Source: Octopus sinensis
Taxonomy: Eukaryota
Direction of reading: 5' to 3'
NCBI RefSeq assembly: GCF_006345805.1
Contig: NC_043009.1
Location: 45,012,001 to 45,076,000, forward strand
Length of the DNA: 64,000 nt
Below, one piece after another: positions 12,897-26,250 of the stretch (its first letter is position 1; the number at the start of each line of letters is the position of its first letter). The position numbers and the translations under genes were made by a program. A model generated the notes under the pieces. That model saw nothing but the letters and a program-made list of their open reading frames with translations. It had not been told where the DNA came from and did no database searches.

Positions 12897-13415
12897 TATG
12901 TATGTATGTATGTATGTATGTATGTATGTACGTGTGTGTAAGTATGTATGTGTGTGTGTATGAATGTATGGATGTATGTATGTATGTGTATGTATGTATG
13001 TGTGTGTGTAAGTATGTATGTATGTATGTATGTATTTATATATGTGTGTGTATGTATGTATGTATGTATGCGTATATGTCTGAGTGTATGTATAAGAATA
13101 TGAATGTATGCGTGAGAAAGAGAGTGGCCCAGTCACTTTCCAAACGTTCAAATGTGTGCGTATGTGTATGTATGTATATTTATGTATGTATATTTATGTG
13201 TATATATATATATACACATATACACACGGACACTTAGACACAGACACTTAGACACAAACACATACCAACATAGTATTGCATAACATTTCTTTAACCGATG
13301 TTGGCATATCAGTATACACGTGCCCATACACGCACGCACACAAGCACGCACATATGCACACACATACATACACACATGCATACATACACACACACACATA
13401 CACACACACACACAC
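12897..13415. repeat. Degenerate (TATG)n/(CA)n microsatellite field
   Basis: Direct reading. Confidence 0.95.
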
Positions 13416-13725
13416 AATACGCTCGTAAGAAACTCATAATTCAAAAAGCTAAGGCCAATTACGTAAGGGAGAACTCAATAATTTAAGATTGAAGTAGCGA
13501 CTCCTTTGAATAAGCAATGCGTTTGTTGTTGTGAATGTGTGCGTGCGCGCGCGCGTGTGTGTACACTGGGTATGTGAAGCAGGTACGAAGGAGTGGTTAA
13601 GTTCACTTCGTTATTATGAGATGTCGGGTTCCAGCTCGCATCCCGCCTCTCAGCAACGTGACGCCTTCGCTCTTGCTGTTTTACGCTATTATTTTCCTGG
13701 TCCTTACTTCCTAAATACTTTATGA

Positions 13726-14150
13726 GGCGATCTTTCGTCTCTAGTAGACCTTTCCGTCGATTTCCGTAAAAAAATTTATTTTTTTTTTACATATGGGCTC
13801 GCAGGAACTTTTGAAGTAATATACATACATATACACATACACCGAGTAAAAAATTTCACTTATCTCTTTCTTTCACACATTACTCTGTCTCTTGACACAC
13901 ACTAACAGAAGCACTTCACTTACACAACATACTGTCTGTCTCCCACACCCCATCAAACACACACACACACACATGTACATCAATGCTTCACATCACGGTA
14001 ACTTCAAAAGAACTTCCCTCGTCATACAATCGCTTTCTCTTAGTCTCTTTCGCTCTCATTACTTCAAAAGTTCCCGGAAGCCCATATGTAAAAAAAAATT
14101 TTAATTTTACGGAAATCGACGGAAAGGTCTACTAGAGACGAAAGATTGCC
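13726..14150. repeat. Inverted repeat of about 95 bp (13726-13820 / 14058-14150), possible MITE
   Basis: ATCTTTCGTCTCTAGTAGACCTTTCCGTCGATTTCCGTAAAA is exactly reverse-complemented in the right arm. Confidence 0.85.
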
Positions 14151-14234
14151 CTTTATGAAAATCGCGTATTTCATTACATTTCTCCCTCTCTCCCATTTTC
14201 TGTATTTCACTCCCAGTATCTCCCCACCCTCTCT

Positions 14235-14294
<60 letters not shown>

Positions 14295-14398
14295 TTGTCT
14301 GTCTGTCTGTCTGTCTGTCTATCTCTTTCACTCTTTCTCTTCATTTTACTCTCCATCAAATATCCTTTTCTGCTCTCCTAACTATATTACAATAGTCA

Positions 14399-15039
14399 AA
14401 GGCGGCGAGCTGGCATAATCGTTAGCACCCTGCGCAAAATGCTTAGCGGCGTTTCGTCCGTCTTTACGTTCAAATTCCGCCGAGATCGACTTTACCTTTA
14501 CCTTCGGGATCGATAAAATAAGTACCAGTTGAGAACTGGAATCGATATAATAGACTTAACACCTCCCCTGAATTTGTTCATCTTGTGCCAAAATTTAAAA
14601 TTAGTATTAGAATAGTTAGCAAGGCGGCGAACTGACAGAATCGTTGGCACGCCGGGCGAAATGCTTAGCCGTATTTCGTCTGTCTTTACGTTCTGAGTTC
14701 AAATTCCGCCGAGGTAGACTTCGCCTTTCATCCTTTCGGGGTCGATAAATTAAGTACCAGTTACGCACTGGGGTGGATGTAATCGACTTAATCCCTTTGT
14801 CTGTCCTTGTTTGTCCCTTCTATGTTTAGCTCCTTGTGGGCAATAAAGAAATAAGAATCGTAAGCACGCAGGGCAAAATGCTTAGCAGCATTTCGTCTGT
14901 CTTTATGTTCTGACTTCAAACTCTCCTGAGGTTGACTTTGCCTTTGATCCTTTCGAGATTGATAAAATAAACCCCAGTTGAGTACGGGTGCGATGTAACC
15001 GACTTGCAAATTGTTGCGCTAGTTCCAAAATTTGAAGCC
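14399..15039 (+). mobile_element. Three tandem SINE family B copies
   Basis: Heads at 14399, 14621 and about 14853. Confidence 0.9.
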
Positions 15040-15051
15040 AGTATTAGAATA

Positions 15052-15304
15052 AAATAAAAATAGATGCGCCCTTTTAAAGCCTAGCCAGGCTCATGGGCCC
15101 GGTTTCTATGGCGCATGTTTTCCCCAGTTGGACGGGACGCCACTCCATCGCAGCGTTACTCTTTTTTGCCAGCTGAGTGGACTGGAGCAACGTGAAATGA
15201 AGTGTTTTGCTCAAGAACACAACGCGTCGCCCGGTCCAGGAATCGAAACCACAATCTTACGAACATGATGCTGACACCCTAACCACTAAGCCACGCGCCT
15301 CCAC
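15052..15304 (-). mobile_element. SINE family C, full length, with 12-bp TSD
   Basis: TSD AGTATTAGAATA at 15040-15051 and 15305-15316; same family as 7668. Confidence 0.92.
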
Positions 15305-16202
15305 AGTATTAGAATAGTCAGCGGAAATGTCAGGTTAATGAGTTTCGTGATGGACTGAGACAGCAGGAATCGTAATTTGAAAACAGAAAAACTGGATCTT
15401 ATATGCTGATGTTATTCTGAGATGAAGTGGAAATTAACAATCTGTCATCAATAGCGTGACTAGGAGTGGGGCGATAGTGACGGTCCAGCCTGGGTAATGC
15501 TCTTTTGTTGGGTCGGCGCTTTGAAGTCTGCTGTAAAAACATGTATAGGAGATGGGACGGAAAACTCAAGGGCTGCACCAGGTAACACACACTCTAGCAA
15601 CGCCTCCATCTGGCATGGATTCATTGGCGGAGGATACACTTATATCACAATATGTATAGCACTTATTTCTACGACTATACATTTTTCTGCAAACATTTTC
15701 CCTCAAACAATAGGTATACACAAGTTTAGAAAATGTTATACCATTACAAATGTTCTTTCTCTATATTTGTAGGTGTTTATCAAGGAGACACTTTTGAACA
15801 ACCTTTATTGTTGATAATTGTTCGTTAATGCATCAGAGAAACCTGCAACTCACAACTTACACATCTAAAATAAAACTACTGTACCATTATTTAACCCAAA
15901 CTAGCACTGATTTGGCTAATAATATTGCATATGGTATTATCTACAACTGCCTTTCTGACAGCGGGTTCTGTGAAAAACTTCTAGGATCCCGCGAAGTAAG
16001 ATGTATTTTAATAAAATTTAATAAAAAAAAAGGAATTGTTGTTATCTCAGGAGGGTCATTATGCCAACAATAAACACACGGACTGATTCTATTTCACTTC
16101 TCTTCTATTTATTAATTAGTAAACTATTTAATCAATGGAACAAATAATTGTTTGATAAATCGTTCCGTCAATCAGTTAGTTAAATTTGACTAATAAAAAA
16201 AT

Positions 16203-16327
16203 TATTTTATCGATCCCGAAGACGAAAGGTAAAGTCGATCTCGGCGGAATTTGAACGTAAAGACGGACGAAACGACGCTAAGCATTTTGCGCATCGTGCT
16301 AACGATTATGCCAGCTCGCCGCCTTTG
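16203..16327 (-). mobile_element. SINE family B 5' part, inverted twin of 14398-14520
   Basis: Shares private variants with the 14399 copy. Confidence 0.88.
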
Positions 16328-17980
16328 TAATCCGTTTGTCTGTCCTTGTTTGTCCCCCCTATGTTTAGCCCCTTGTAGGCAATAAAGAAATAAGAATCGT
16401 TAGCACGCTGGGCGAAATGCTTAGCGGTATTTTGTCTCTCGCTACGTTCTGAGTTCAAATTCTGTTGAGGTCGATTTTGCCTTTCATCCTTTCGGGGGTC
16501 GATAAATTAAGTACCAGTTACGCACTGGGGTCGATGTAATCGGCTTAATACCTATGTCTGTCCTTGTTTGTGCCCTCTATGTTTAGCCCCTTGTGGGTAA
16601 TAAAGAAATAGGTATTTTGTCTCTCGCTACGTTCTGAGTTCAAATTCTGTTGAGGTCGATTTTGCCTTTCATCCTTTCGGGGGTCGATAAATTAAGTACC
16701 AGTGAAACACTAGGAGTCGATGTAATCGTCTAGTCCCCTCCCACAAAATTATTTATAAAGATATAGTATTCACCGACTTTGAATTTGTTTTGGAAGAATT
16801 TTTGATGTGAAACTGTATGTTGAAATCAATGGGGATATAAACAAACATTAAATACTTGGGAAAAAGAAAGACGAGTGAAATATAGATAAACATCAACCGG
16901 TGACTGTGTTTATAGGCTTTATTAATTATGAATTTGCCTTTCATCCTAAATTAAGTACCACTTAAGCACTGAAGTTGATGTAACCGACTAGTTCCCGCAC
17001 CCCAAACTTAAGGCCTCGTGCGTATAGCAGAAAGAAGTATGACTTCCTAAATATAAGAATAATATTCTCATATTTTAAAATTATTATTATTATTGTTGTT
17101 ATTGTTATTAGGGCGGCGATCTGGCAGAATTGTTAGCACTTTGGACGAAATGCTTAATGGTGTTTCGTCTGTCTTTACGTTCTGAGTTCAAATTCCGCCG
17201 AGGTCGAATTTGCCTTTTATCCTTTCGGGGTTGATAAATTAAGTACCAGTTGTGTACTGGGGTCGATTTAATCGACTGGCCCTCTCTCCAAAAATTTCGG
17301 GCTTTGTGCCTAGAGTAGAAAAGGTATATTGCCCATCGCCACGTTCTGAGTTCAAATTCCGTCGTGGTTGTTTTTACCTTTCATCCTTTCGGGGTTTATA
17401 AATTGAGTACCAGTTGAGTACTGGAGTCGATGTAATCAACTATCACCTCCCCCAAATTTCAGGCCTTATGCCTATAATAGAAAGGGTTCTTATTATTGTT
17501 GTTAATGTTGTTAAGGCCGCGAGCTGGCAGAATCGTTAACACACCGAGCGAAATGTTTTGCGGTATTTTGTCTGTCGCTACGTTCTGAGTTCAAATTCCG
17601 TCGAGGTCGATTTTGCCTTTCATCATTTCGGGGGTCGATAAATTAAGTACCAGTGAAACACTGGAGTCGATGTAATCATCTAGTCCCCTCCCCCAAAATT
17701 TCAGGCCTTGTGCCTATTGTAAAAAGGTTTCTTATTATTATTGTTGTTGTTGTTGTTATTAAGACGTTAAGCTGGCAGAATAGGTTGTACGCCGGTCATA
17801 ATATGCTTAGCAGTAATTCGTCCCTTTTTACCTTCTGAGTTCAGACTCCGCCGGGATCGACTTTGCTTCTCATCCTTCCTGGGTCGATGAAAAAGGTACC
17901 AGTCAAACACTGAGGTCGGTGTAATCGACTTACCCCGCCTCCCAACATTTCAGGCCTTGTGCCTATAGTAGAAAAGATTA
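16328..17980 (+). mobile_element. Head-to-tail array of about 8 complete or partial SINE family B units
   Basis: Repeated GTTCTGAGTTCAAATTCC...GCCTTTCATCCTTTCGGGG...AAGTACCAG blocks, all on the + strand. Confidence 0.88.
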
Positions 17981-18308
17981 TTATTTGTTTTGTTTCTAAT
18001 ATAATAAACTCTGCCTCAAAAACGAGGCTGTGTAATTTCAAATTTTAATAAAATTAGGCTAGCTAGTATTGTCCTTAAACTATAGGTACGACATATTATT
18101 TTTGAAAAATCGTGGAAGGCTTCCTTGCCGAAATAAATTTAGGAACTGCCGGCCTATGATATCGCAGGCGTTATTGCCGAGAACGTCATACATAGCATAA
18201 CTGATAATATCGTGAACCTTACCATAAGAGAAACGACAGACTCACAATGGACGAGTTTCGCATGATTGATTATGTATGTATGTCATGCATTCATTTATAT
18301 ATATATAT

Positions 18309-18514
18309 CTCTTTTACTCTTTTACTTGTTTCAGTCATTTGACTGTGGCCATGCTGGAGCACCACCTTTAGTCGAGCAAATCGACTCCAGGACTTATTCT
18401 TTGTAAGCCTAGTACTTATTCTATCGGTCTCTTTTGCCGAACCGCTAAGTTACGGGGACGTAAACACACCAGCATCGGTTGTCAAGCGATGTTGGGGGTT
18501 CAAACACAGACACA

Positions 18515-18576
<62 letters not shown>

Positions 18577-18767
18577 CATATATATATATACATATACATA
18601 TATACGACGGGCTTCTTTCAGTTTCCGTCAACCAAATCCACTCACAAAGCTTTGGTCGGCCCGAGGCTATAGTAGAAGACACTTGCCCAAGGTGCCACGC
18701 AGTGGGACTGAACCCGGAACCATGTGGTTGGTAAGCAAGCTATTTACCACACAGCCACTCCTACGCC
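18309..18767 (-). mobile_element. SINE family A, full length
   Basis: Near-identical to the reverse complement of the 2576 and 4752 copies. Confidence 0.92.
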
Positions 18768-19104
18768 TATATATAATAATATATAGTAATTCTTTGAGGG
18801 GGTGGATATCGGCTCTCGGTGCATAACACATAAAGCTATAAATAACAGCATTTAAATATTGGATTGAAAAACCTTTCTGGATAGAAATAGTCGATAGCTG
18901 TCCGTGGGAAACGAACCCACATCTCCAGTGAAGATGAAAGCCTTTGACTTTTTCTATCCCAAAGAATTTTCAACCTAATATTTACATGGTGTTATTTATA
19001 GCTTTATGCGTCGTGCCTCGAAAGTCTTTGTGTGTGTGTGTGTGTGCGTGCGAGTGTGTGTGTGTGCGTGCGTGTGTGTGCGTGTATGTGTGTGTGTGCG
19101 TGTG

Positions 19105-19135
<31 letters not shown>

Positions 19136-19802
19136 ATGTGTGTGTGTGTGTGCGTGTGTGCACGCGCGAGCATAATAATATACATTTACGAGTGGGTGTA
19201 TATGCATAAGTATATACATATACGTGTGTGTGTGTGTATGTGTGTGTAATAGGAAATAAATCAAATGAATTTTAGATTCTTCAGAGGTCTTCGGTACTTT
19301 CAATGCCAGTCTGTATATTTCTGAAGGAATCAATCAATGATAATTCCAACAAATAACTATTATACCAAAACTCACAAATTCCATACGTTAGCAAGATTTC
19401 CGTCCATTTATGAAGAGGCTAAGAGGAATTAGCAAACGGATGGTTTACTTCGATGGCGGTCAATAAAAAGTGAAATATTTAGAAGCACACAATCGACCGT
19501 TTGCATATTCTAACTGGAATTCGACAATGAATTCTGAGTTGAAAGAACTATGAAATATAGCATGTTTTGAAGTTGTTCACCAAGATGTGAATTGGTAATT
19601 GATGCGTATTCACTCATTGTAAGGAAATATTCTTCGATTTAAATGAGATCAGCTTTCTGCAAAGAAATTCATCTTCATTCTAATTGTTAGTCTATGACCT
19701 GAATCATTTGTAATCACCAGACAGTACACTTAATAAAAGTTGTACAAGTGCTATTTTAAAAACTTTCCATTATTTACTTCTTTTCCTCTGCACTTCGGTT
19801 TC

Positions 19803-20142
19803 AAATTACACACAAGTTGACTAAAACTTTCAATAGTCAGTAGAGTGTAATTTAAGAACCAGTAATATTATTGGGGCAATTTCACTAATGACTTTCTTCT
19901 TCATTTATTATTGCATATGGGCCCTGCAAAAATACCTTCATAGTTTTAAATCGAAACATTATCAAAAAAATTTAAATTACACACAAGTTGACTAAAACTT
20001 TCAATAGTCAGTAGAGTGTAATTTAAGAACCAGTAATATTCTTGGGGCAATTTCACTAATGACTTTCCTCTTCATTCATTATTGCATATGGGCCCTGCAA
20101 AAATACCTTCATAGTTTTAAATCGAAACATTATCAAAAAAAT
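19803..20142. repeat. Tandem duplication of a unit of about 170 bp
   Basis: AAATTACACACAAGTTGAC...CATTATCAAAAAAAT occurs twice with few mismatches. Confidence 0.95.
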
Positions 20143-20148
20143 GTTAAT

Positions 20149-20551
20149 AGGCGCAGGAGTGGCTGTGTGGTAAGTAGCTTGCTTATCAACCACATGGTTC
20201 AGTCCCACTGCGTGGCACCTCGGGCAAGTGTCTTCTACTATAGCCTCGGGCCGACCAAAGCCTTATGAGTGGATTTGGTAGACGAAAACTGAAAGAAGCC
20301 CGTCGTATATATGTATACATATATGTATGTGTGTGCGTGTGCATATGTTTGTGTGCCTATGTCTGTCCCCACAACATCGCTTGACAACCGATGCTGGTGT
20401 ATTTAGGTCCCCGTAACTTAGCGGTTCGGCAAAAGAGCCCGATAGAATAAGTACTAGGCTTACAAAGAATAAGTCCTGGGGTTAATTTGTTCGACTAAAA
20501 GCGGTGCTCCAGCATGGCCGCAGCCAAATGACTGGAACATGTAAAAGAGTA
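20149..20551 (+). mobile_element. SINE family A
   Basis: Head, central microsatellite and tail all present. Confidence 0.92.
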
Positions 20552-22600
20552 TATAATACTGATTACTTGTATAAGAATAAGCATAGGGATTTACTGAATT
20601 TATAGAATAACAAAGAGAATTATGGGTGTTGCTTTGTTTCCCAAAGGAACTTCGTAGGGTTAGTGAAATGTAAGTGATTACAACGATAATCGAAATTTAG
20701 GTGCGGTATTATCACTCAAGGACTTTCCCTTCTACTCTAAAACTCGACATATTTCCATAGCATTTAATTAACTGATTACTGTGATGTACATATTCAAATT
20801 CCATAGAGGTTCCGAATGACGTGAATCTCAACGCTTTAAGGTCGAAGTCAGCCGCGCAACAGAAACTAACGTTCTGGTCATTTACTCAGAGAAAAGTTCT
20901 GTACAAAATATGTTCTTCTCTCAAATAATTACAGTTGTAATTTGAGGATAACTTTGAGATAAGGGGTGTTATAATGATGAATTAATTTATAGAGTAAAAA
21001 CAAAGGAAACTAAAAAGTTTCAAATTAATAAGGATGTGAAGAGTTTGTTTAAAAACGCACGGTTTTCAATGTTCACCCTCATCAGTTATGCTTGTAAGTA
21101 TTTCGTAGATCTCGTCTACATTCCTGCAGATTTGGTTATCAAAGAAGTACAATCTGTATAGCGCTAGATTACCAACCTATGTTGATGATTCATGTCCAAT
21201 TCTCGATGTATCACTCGTCAATACGAAACAACAATAGATACCTTGAACACATACAGCAGCAGGTTGGTAGCGTCGTTGGAATGCTGGATAGAATATTTTA
21301 GGTAATTGTTCCTACTCTCTAGGTTCAAATCCCCCTTCTTTTTTTCTTCCACTTTGCCTTTCATCCCTTCTGGGGCCCAAAACAAAGTTTTTCACTCCAG
21401 AGTGGTGGATTGGTAGAATTATTAGAGCGATGACAAGATATATTGCGGTTACTCATCCAACTCTTTAGGTTCTGAATTCCAATTCTGCTGAGGAATTCAA
21501 CTCCCGTTGATAGCCAGCTCTAAACACCCGAAAATGGGACGGCAACTGAATATAGAAGCTGCAAAGCAAAGAGGATGAGGAAGAGAATGATGGCCATCTG
21601 CTACTGTAATTGAAAGATGATGATGATGGCGTACAACAACAGAAATATTGCATCATTACTGAATATTTCGTCATAGAGTTCGAGTCCATGTGTAGATATA
21701 AAGAAGGTAACAGGAACTCAGTACAAGGTGTTTTTACAGAAAAAAATAACTTCAAACAGTCTTCGCCTCCATTGATCAGTTGAAATGTCAACAACTCTAT
21801 GGTTATTCTGACCAAACGACAGAAGCCTCTGAAATAGTCAAGAAACTGGGGCTGGTTACAAACGATAAACGGATTTAGTGGTTCACGACGCACTGTGTCA
21901 CATCAGAGAACTGTTCTCATACCTGGGAAAATGGCACAGCATCAAAAACTGCCGATCCAATTAATGAGTAAATGTTAGCTAACCAATGTATTACAACCTA
22001 CATATCCTCTAACTCACTGCGGTCTCTGTTACCTCTGGTTCCTTCGACATTCTTATTTCTCTACCCCTCGCACCCAAACTCTTTTTTAATCAATTTAATG
22101 ATGACTCCTGCCAGTTAGAAAAAGAAAGAAAGAAAGAAAGAAAGAAAGGAAGAAAGGAAGAAAGAAAGAAAGAAATGCTTCATTATCTCACTCTTAACGA
22201 CCGACAGGCATTATGGGACAGAACAGAACAGACAGAAAGAAAATCATGAAAATAGAAACCAATATTTTCCGGGTTTTTTTCTTTTCTTTTTTTCTTTTGT
22301 ATAACTGATTCATTTCATTACGACTAGATTTCGCGAAAATAGACGATCATTAACAATCTTTATTATCGATGTCGCTGTTGTTTTTTTTTTTCCTATTAAT
22401 GATGTTCCATCGTCGCCATTACCACTGTTACTACTATTGCTGCTACAGCTACCATTGCATTCGTATTGTTCACTTCTAATTTTGCGCTTCCAGTCAAGTT
22501 TACATCGCATTTAAAACCAACCTCTTCATTTTTCTATAAATTGCTTAATTTATAGAAACTTACGTTGTAGTGTAGCATGTTACCAGCATACAGTATATGT

Positions 22601-22647
<47 letters not shown>

Positions 22648-22986
22648 TGTATGTAATCTTACAGGTTACAGTCATCAGGCTTTGGCTATGCTGGAGCAAT
22701 GTTTCAAGACATTCAGAACTTCCCAGAATTGTTTTATTGTTGTTTTATTGTAGGCGAGAATTTGTTTTGTCCGTTTTTCTTTGTTCGTTATCAACGGCGG
22801 ACTTTATTATCATTTGGTCGTTGACATCTGCTATCTTTCACCGATCTGAAAACAGTTTATTCGCGGTGTCTAGAAACATTATACAAAACATCGAGAAATA
22901 TTATACAAAAAAAATATAGAGAAAATATAGCAAACAGTTGTCAACAATGGATATGCAAACTAATTAGGAGTCCAAACCTACAACTA

Positions 22987-24003
22987 TGAGAACGGGCTGA
23001 CAAGTTCATAGACTGACTATTAAGAAGTGCATGAATTAATTTCAACTCTGCATTGTTTCTTCTCACCTAAACTGACATGTGACTGTTCAAAGAACACTAC
23101 AAAAGTAACTAGTAGTGATTTCTCTTGAAAAATGGACAAAAGTTGACATCGTGATGTTATCAAATACCTGCAGAAAAGGGTTTTAGCCCCCAATGACACT
23201 GATACTGACAACATCATTGCTACATTAGGGGGTGGCCTTCCCGCTTTACCAACAATGCAAAAGTGAGCAGCTGAATTTAGAAGGGGAACGAAGAGCCTTG
23301 ATGATGACCCAAGATTTGGACGTCCAGACACTGCCACCATCGAGGAAAGCATTGATCGTGTTCGCCACATGGTGAGGGATTACAGTTGAGTGACTATAAA
23401 TCAAATAACCAACGCTATTTGCATATCCCGTGAGAAAGTTGGGAATATTCTGCACGATGAACTTGACATGACAAAGGTTTCTATTCGGCGAGTGCCACGT
23501 CTTCTGACACCTGATCAAAAGAGCACAAGGCTGATCACATCACGGGTAAAATCTGACATTGTTTAAGGCAAATCTAGTTGATTTTCTTGAACGCTTCCTA
23601 ACCCAGGATGAGTGTTGGGTTCATCACTTTGAGCTAGAGACAAAGAGACAATCCATGCAGTGGAGACATTCCTCTTCACCTGCTCCAAAGAAGGCTAAGG
23701 TTGTTTCATCTGCAGGGAAGGTCATGGCCTCAGTTTTTTGGGATGCAAAAGGCGTTGAGTTTATTAACCATCTTCAAAAAATCGCCACATCATCAATGGA
23801 CAGTATTATTCCAATTTACTGAAGTAGTTACGAAAGACTATCAAGAACAAATGCCCAGAAAAACTGACGAAAAGGGTTTTGTTTTATCAGGAAAATGCTC
23901 CAGAACACAAGTCCTTGGTTTCAATTGCTACTCTAAGTGACGGTAGCTTTGAACTGGTTGATCAGCCTCGCTATACTCCTGATTTGGTCCATCTAACTAT
24001 GGA
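22987..24003 (+). mobile_element. Mariner (DD34D-type) transposon relic, 3'-truncated
   Basis: TA followed by a TIR-like start; ATG at 23132; motifs GRP, RRVPRLLT (WVPHEL-like), TQDECWVHHF, KVMASVFWD, QENAPEH and YTPDL (YSPDLAPSD-like); several stops and frameshifts. Confidence 0.9.
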
Positions 24004-24690
24004 TACTTGCTTGTTTTCTTCTTAGAAAATGGTCGGGCCTTGCGGCTCTTGTCTCTCCAGAAAACCCTTGGAATATTTTTGTGCCACTTTGTCTCTTTCC
24101 CCTACTTTGCTTCTCTTAATTTCATTTCTCTCTCTCTCTCTCTCTCTCTTCTTTCTCTGTTGCCCTTCCCCCACTATCACCTGACCTGTGCCAACCTAAG
24201 GCGGTGTTAATCTTTTTCACGTTGCCTTCGACCGCACCGGTCACGATTTTCTGAGCTCCTCGTTCTACCCTTCCCGTGTCTATAGTCCTTTAGAACAGTC
24301 TTCATTTCTCCTTCGCGTTACCCGCTTTTGCTTTTGTCTTGCTGCCCCGAGGCTTTTTTTTTATTTCTTGTTGTATATATATTATTATCGTTATTAATTG
24401 TTGTCTTCGTGTGGCCCCAACCCTTTATACTGTTTATTGTTTTGTCCTCGTCCGTCCACTAACAGTCTCATCTCGAACCCGTCTCGCTTTGCTTGAGTTT
24501 GGTCCCATTCCCGGCAAGTTTCTTGCCGTTGCCTCCAGAGTGGAAGTAATATTATCGATAATGGCCGAAATTGCGTTTGACCCTCTGGCCGATAACTGAA
24601 GAAGAGTTGGTGACTTTCTGTGTTTTCTGTTCGTCTGTGTATTTAGTATATGTTCGTTTGTTTACTTACTACACGTATTTTTTAAAATTA
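24004..24690 (+). mobile_element. Pyrimidine-rich repeat ending at a (TA)n tract, related to the fold-back family at 25774
   Basis: CGAAA...CGATAACTGAAGAAGA...TTCTGTGT resembles 26110-26175; abuts the broken mariner end. Confidence 0.45.
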
Positions 24691-25237
24691 TATATATATA
24701 TATAATATATATATACACACATACATACATATTATATATATATATATATATATACATACATACATATATATATATATGTATGTATGTATGTGTGTGTGTG
24801 TATGTATGTATGTGTGTGTGTGTATGTATGTATGTATGTATGTCACATTTTCCGTTTGTTGTCTTCTTTTTATTTAATCCTGAAAATATTATTTATGTAA
24901 CGCAATACATACATATATACATACACATACACGAATTCGCCAATACATACACACATTTTTGCATTTATACACGTCTATATACTTACAAGCAATACATATC
25001 TATGAATATAATAAACATACCATAATGATACACATGAATACATATCTATATACACATAAATACACACACTTATAGACACACACCCCTATAAACACACACA
25101 TTCATACATACGTACGTACATACATACATACATTCTTCATGCCTCGGAGACTTTCATTTTCTCTTACAAACATTTGCCTTTGTAAGCTTACTTTTCTACT
25201 CAATGTCATTTTCTTCCTATTCTTCTTCTTCTTCGTT

Positions 25238-25273
<36 letters not shown>

Positions 25274-25664
25274 GCATAATTTCTTTTTTTTTTTCATTTA
25301 TTTTTATCTTCTACTTGTCTTCTTTCTTTTTCGATCCGCTTCTTCATTTTCTTCTTGCTCTCCTGTTTCTTCTTAGTTGTCTAGTCTTACCCTATTCTTA
25401 TCTATTTATCCCTCTCTCTTCTTTACTTCCTCTCTCCCTCTCCCTTTCTTTCTTCTACTCCCTCTTCTTATTTGTCCTCTCTCTCTCTCTCTCTTCCCTT
25501 ACTCTTCACTGTTGTCTCCAATGCCAGTTTAATCAAAGCCATTTGATTCGTGTGTTTTTAAAGCAACTCCTAATTATAGATATTCAGTCGCCTGGGGAAT
25601 GGACATCACCCGATATATATATATATATTATATATATATAATTATATATATATATTATATATAT

Positions 25665-25708
<44 letters not shown>

Positions 25709-25717
25709 ATATATATA

Positions 25718-25767
<50 letters not shown>

Positions 25768-25773
25768 TATATA

Positions 25774-26250
25774 TAAAAGTTGGGGTGCGTGGCGTTCTGT
25801 TACTCAATAAATGAAAAATGCTTTAAATACTACAAAACGTACACGTAGGACAGACACAGAAGGAGCGTAATTCTTCATCAGTTATCGACTTTAAAATACT
25901 AATACTCAGTTTCGTGTCTTTAACGATAAAACTGAGAACTTCGTATATCGGTGGCATTTATTTATAGTCTTCGTTGATCGTTTCAAATTACATTTGTTTA
26001 CTTTCGTACGTCTACCCTGTACTGTTTTGTTCGCTCGATTCCTAATTCTACGCAAATCTTGCGGGCGCCGCCGATATACGAAGTTCTCAGTCTTATTGTT
26101 AAAGGCACGAAACTGCTGAGTATTAGTATTTTTCGGTCGATAACTGATGAAGAATTACTGTCCTTCTGTGTCTGTCCTACGTGTACGTTTTGTTGTATTT
26201 AATGCATTTTTCCTTATTGAGTAACTGAAAGCCACACATCCCAAATTTTA
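25774..26250. mobile_element. Fold-back element with inverted arms of about 180 bp (25774-25955 / 26067-26250), probably Penelope pseudo-LTR derived
   Basis: Arms align as reverse complements with scattered mismatches; abuts (TA)n; contains CGAAAC and CTGATGA boxes. Confidence 0.65.

Noticed and set aside
16328-17980. Repeat-spacer-like pattern suggestive of a CRISPR array
   Set aside because: Units are 130-230 bp SINE bodies of variable length, the context is eukaryotic, and no cas genes are present.
21520-21960. Purine-rich stretch resembling coding sequence
   Set aside because: Stops interrupt the + frames and no motif is recognisable; probably very old LINE debris.
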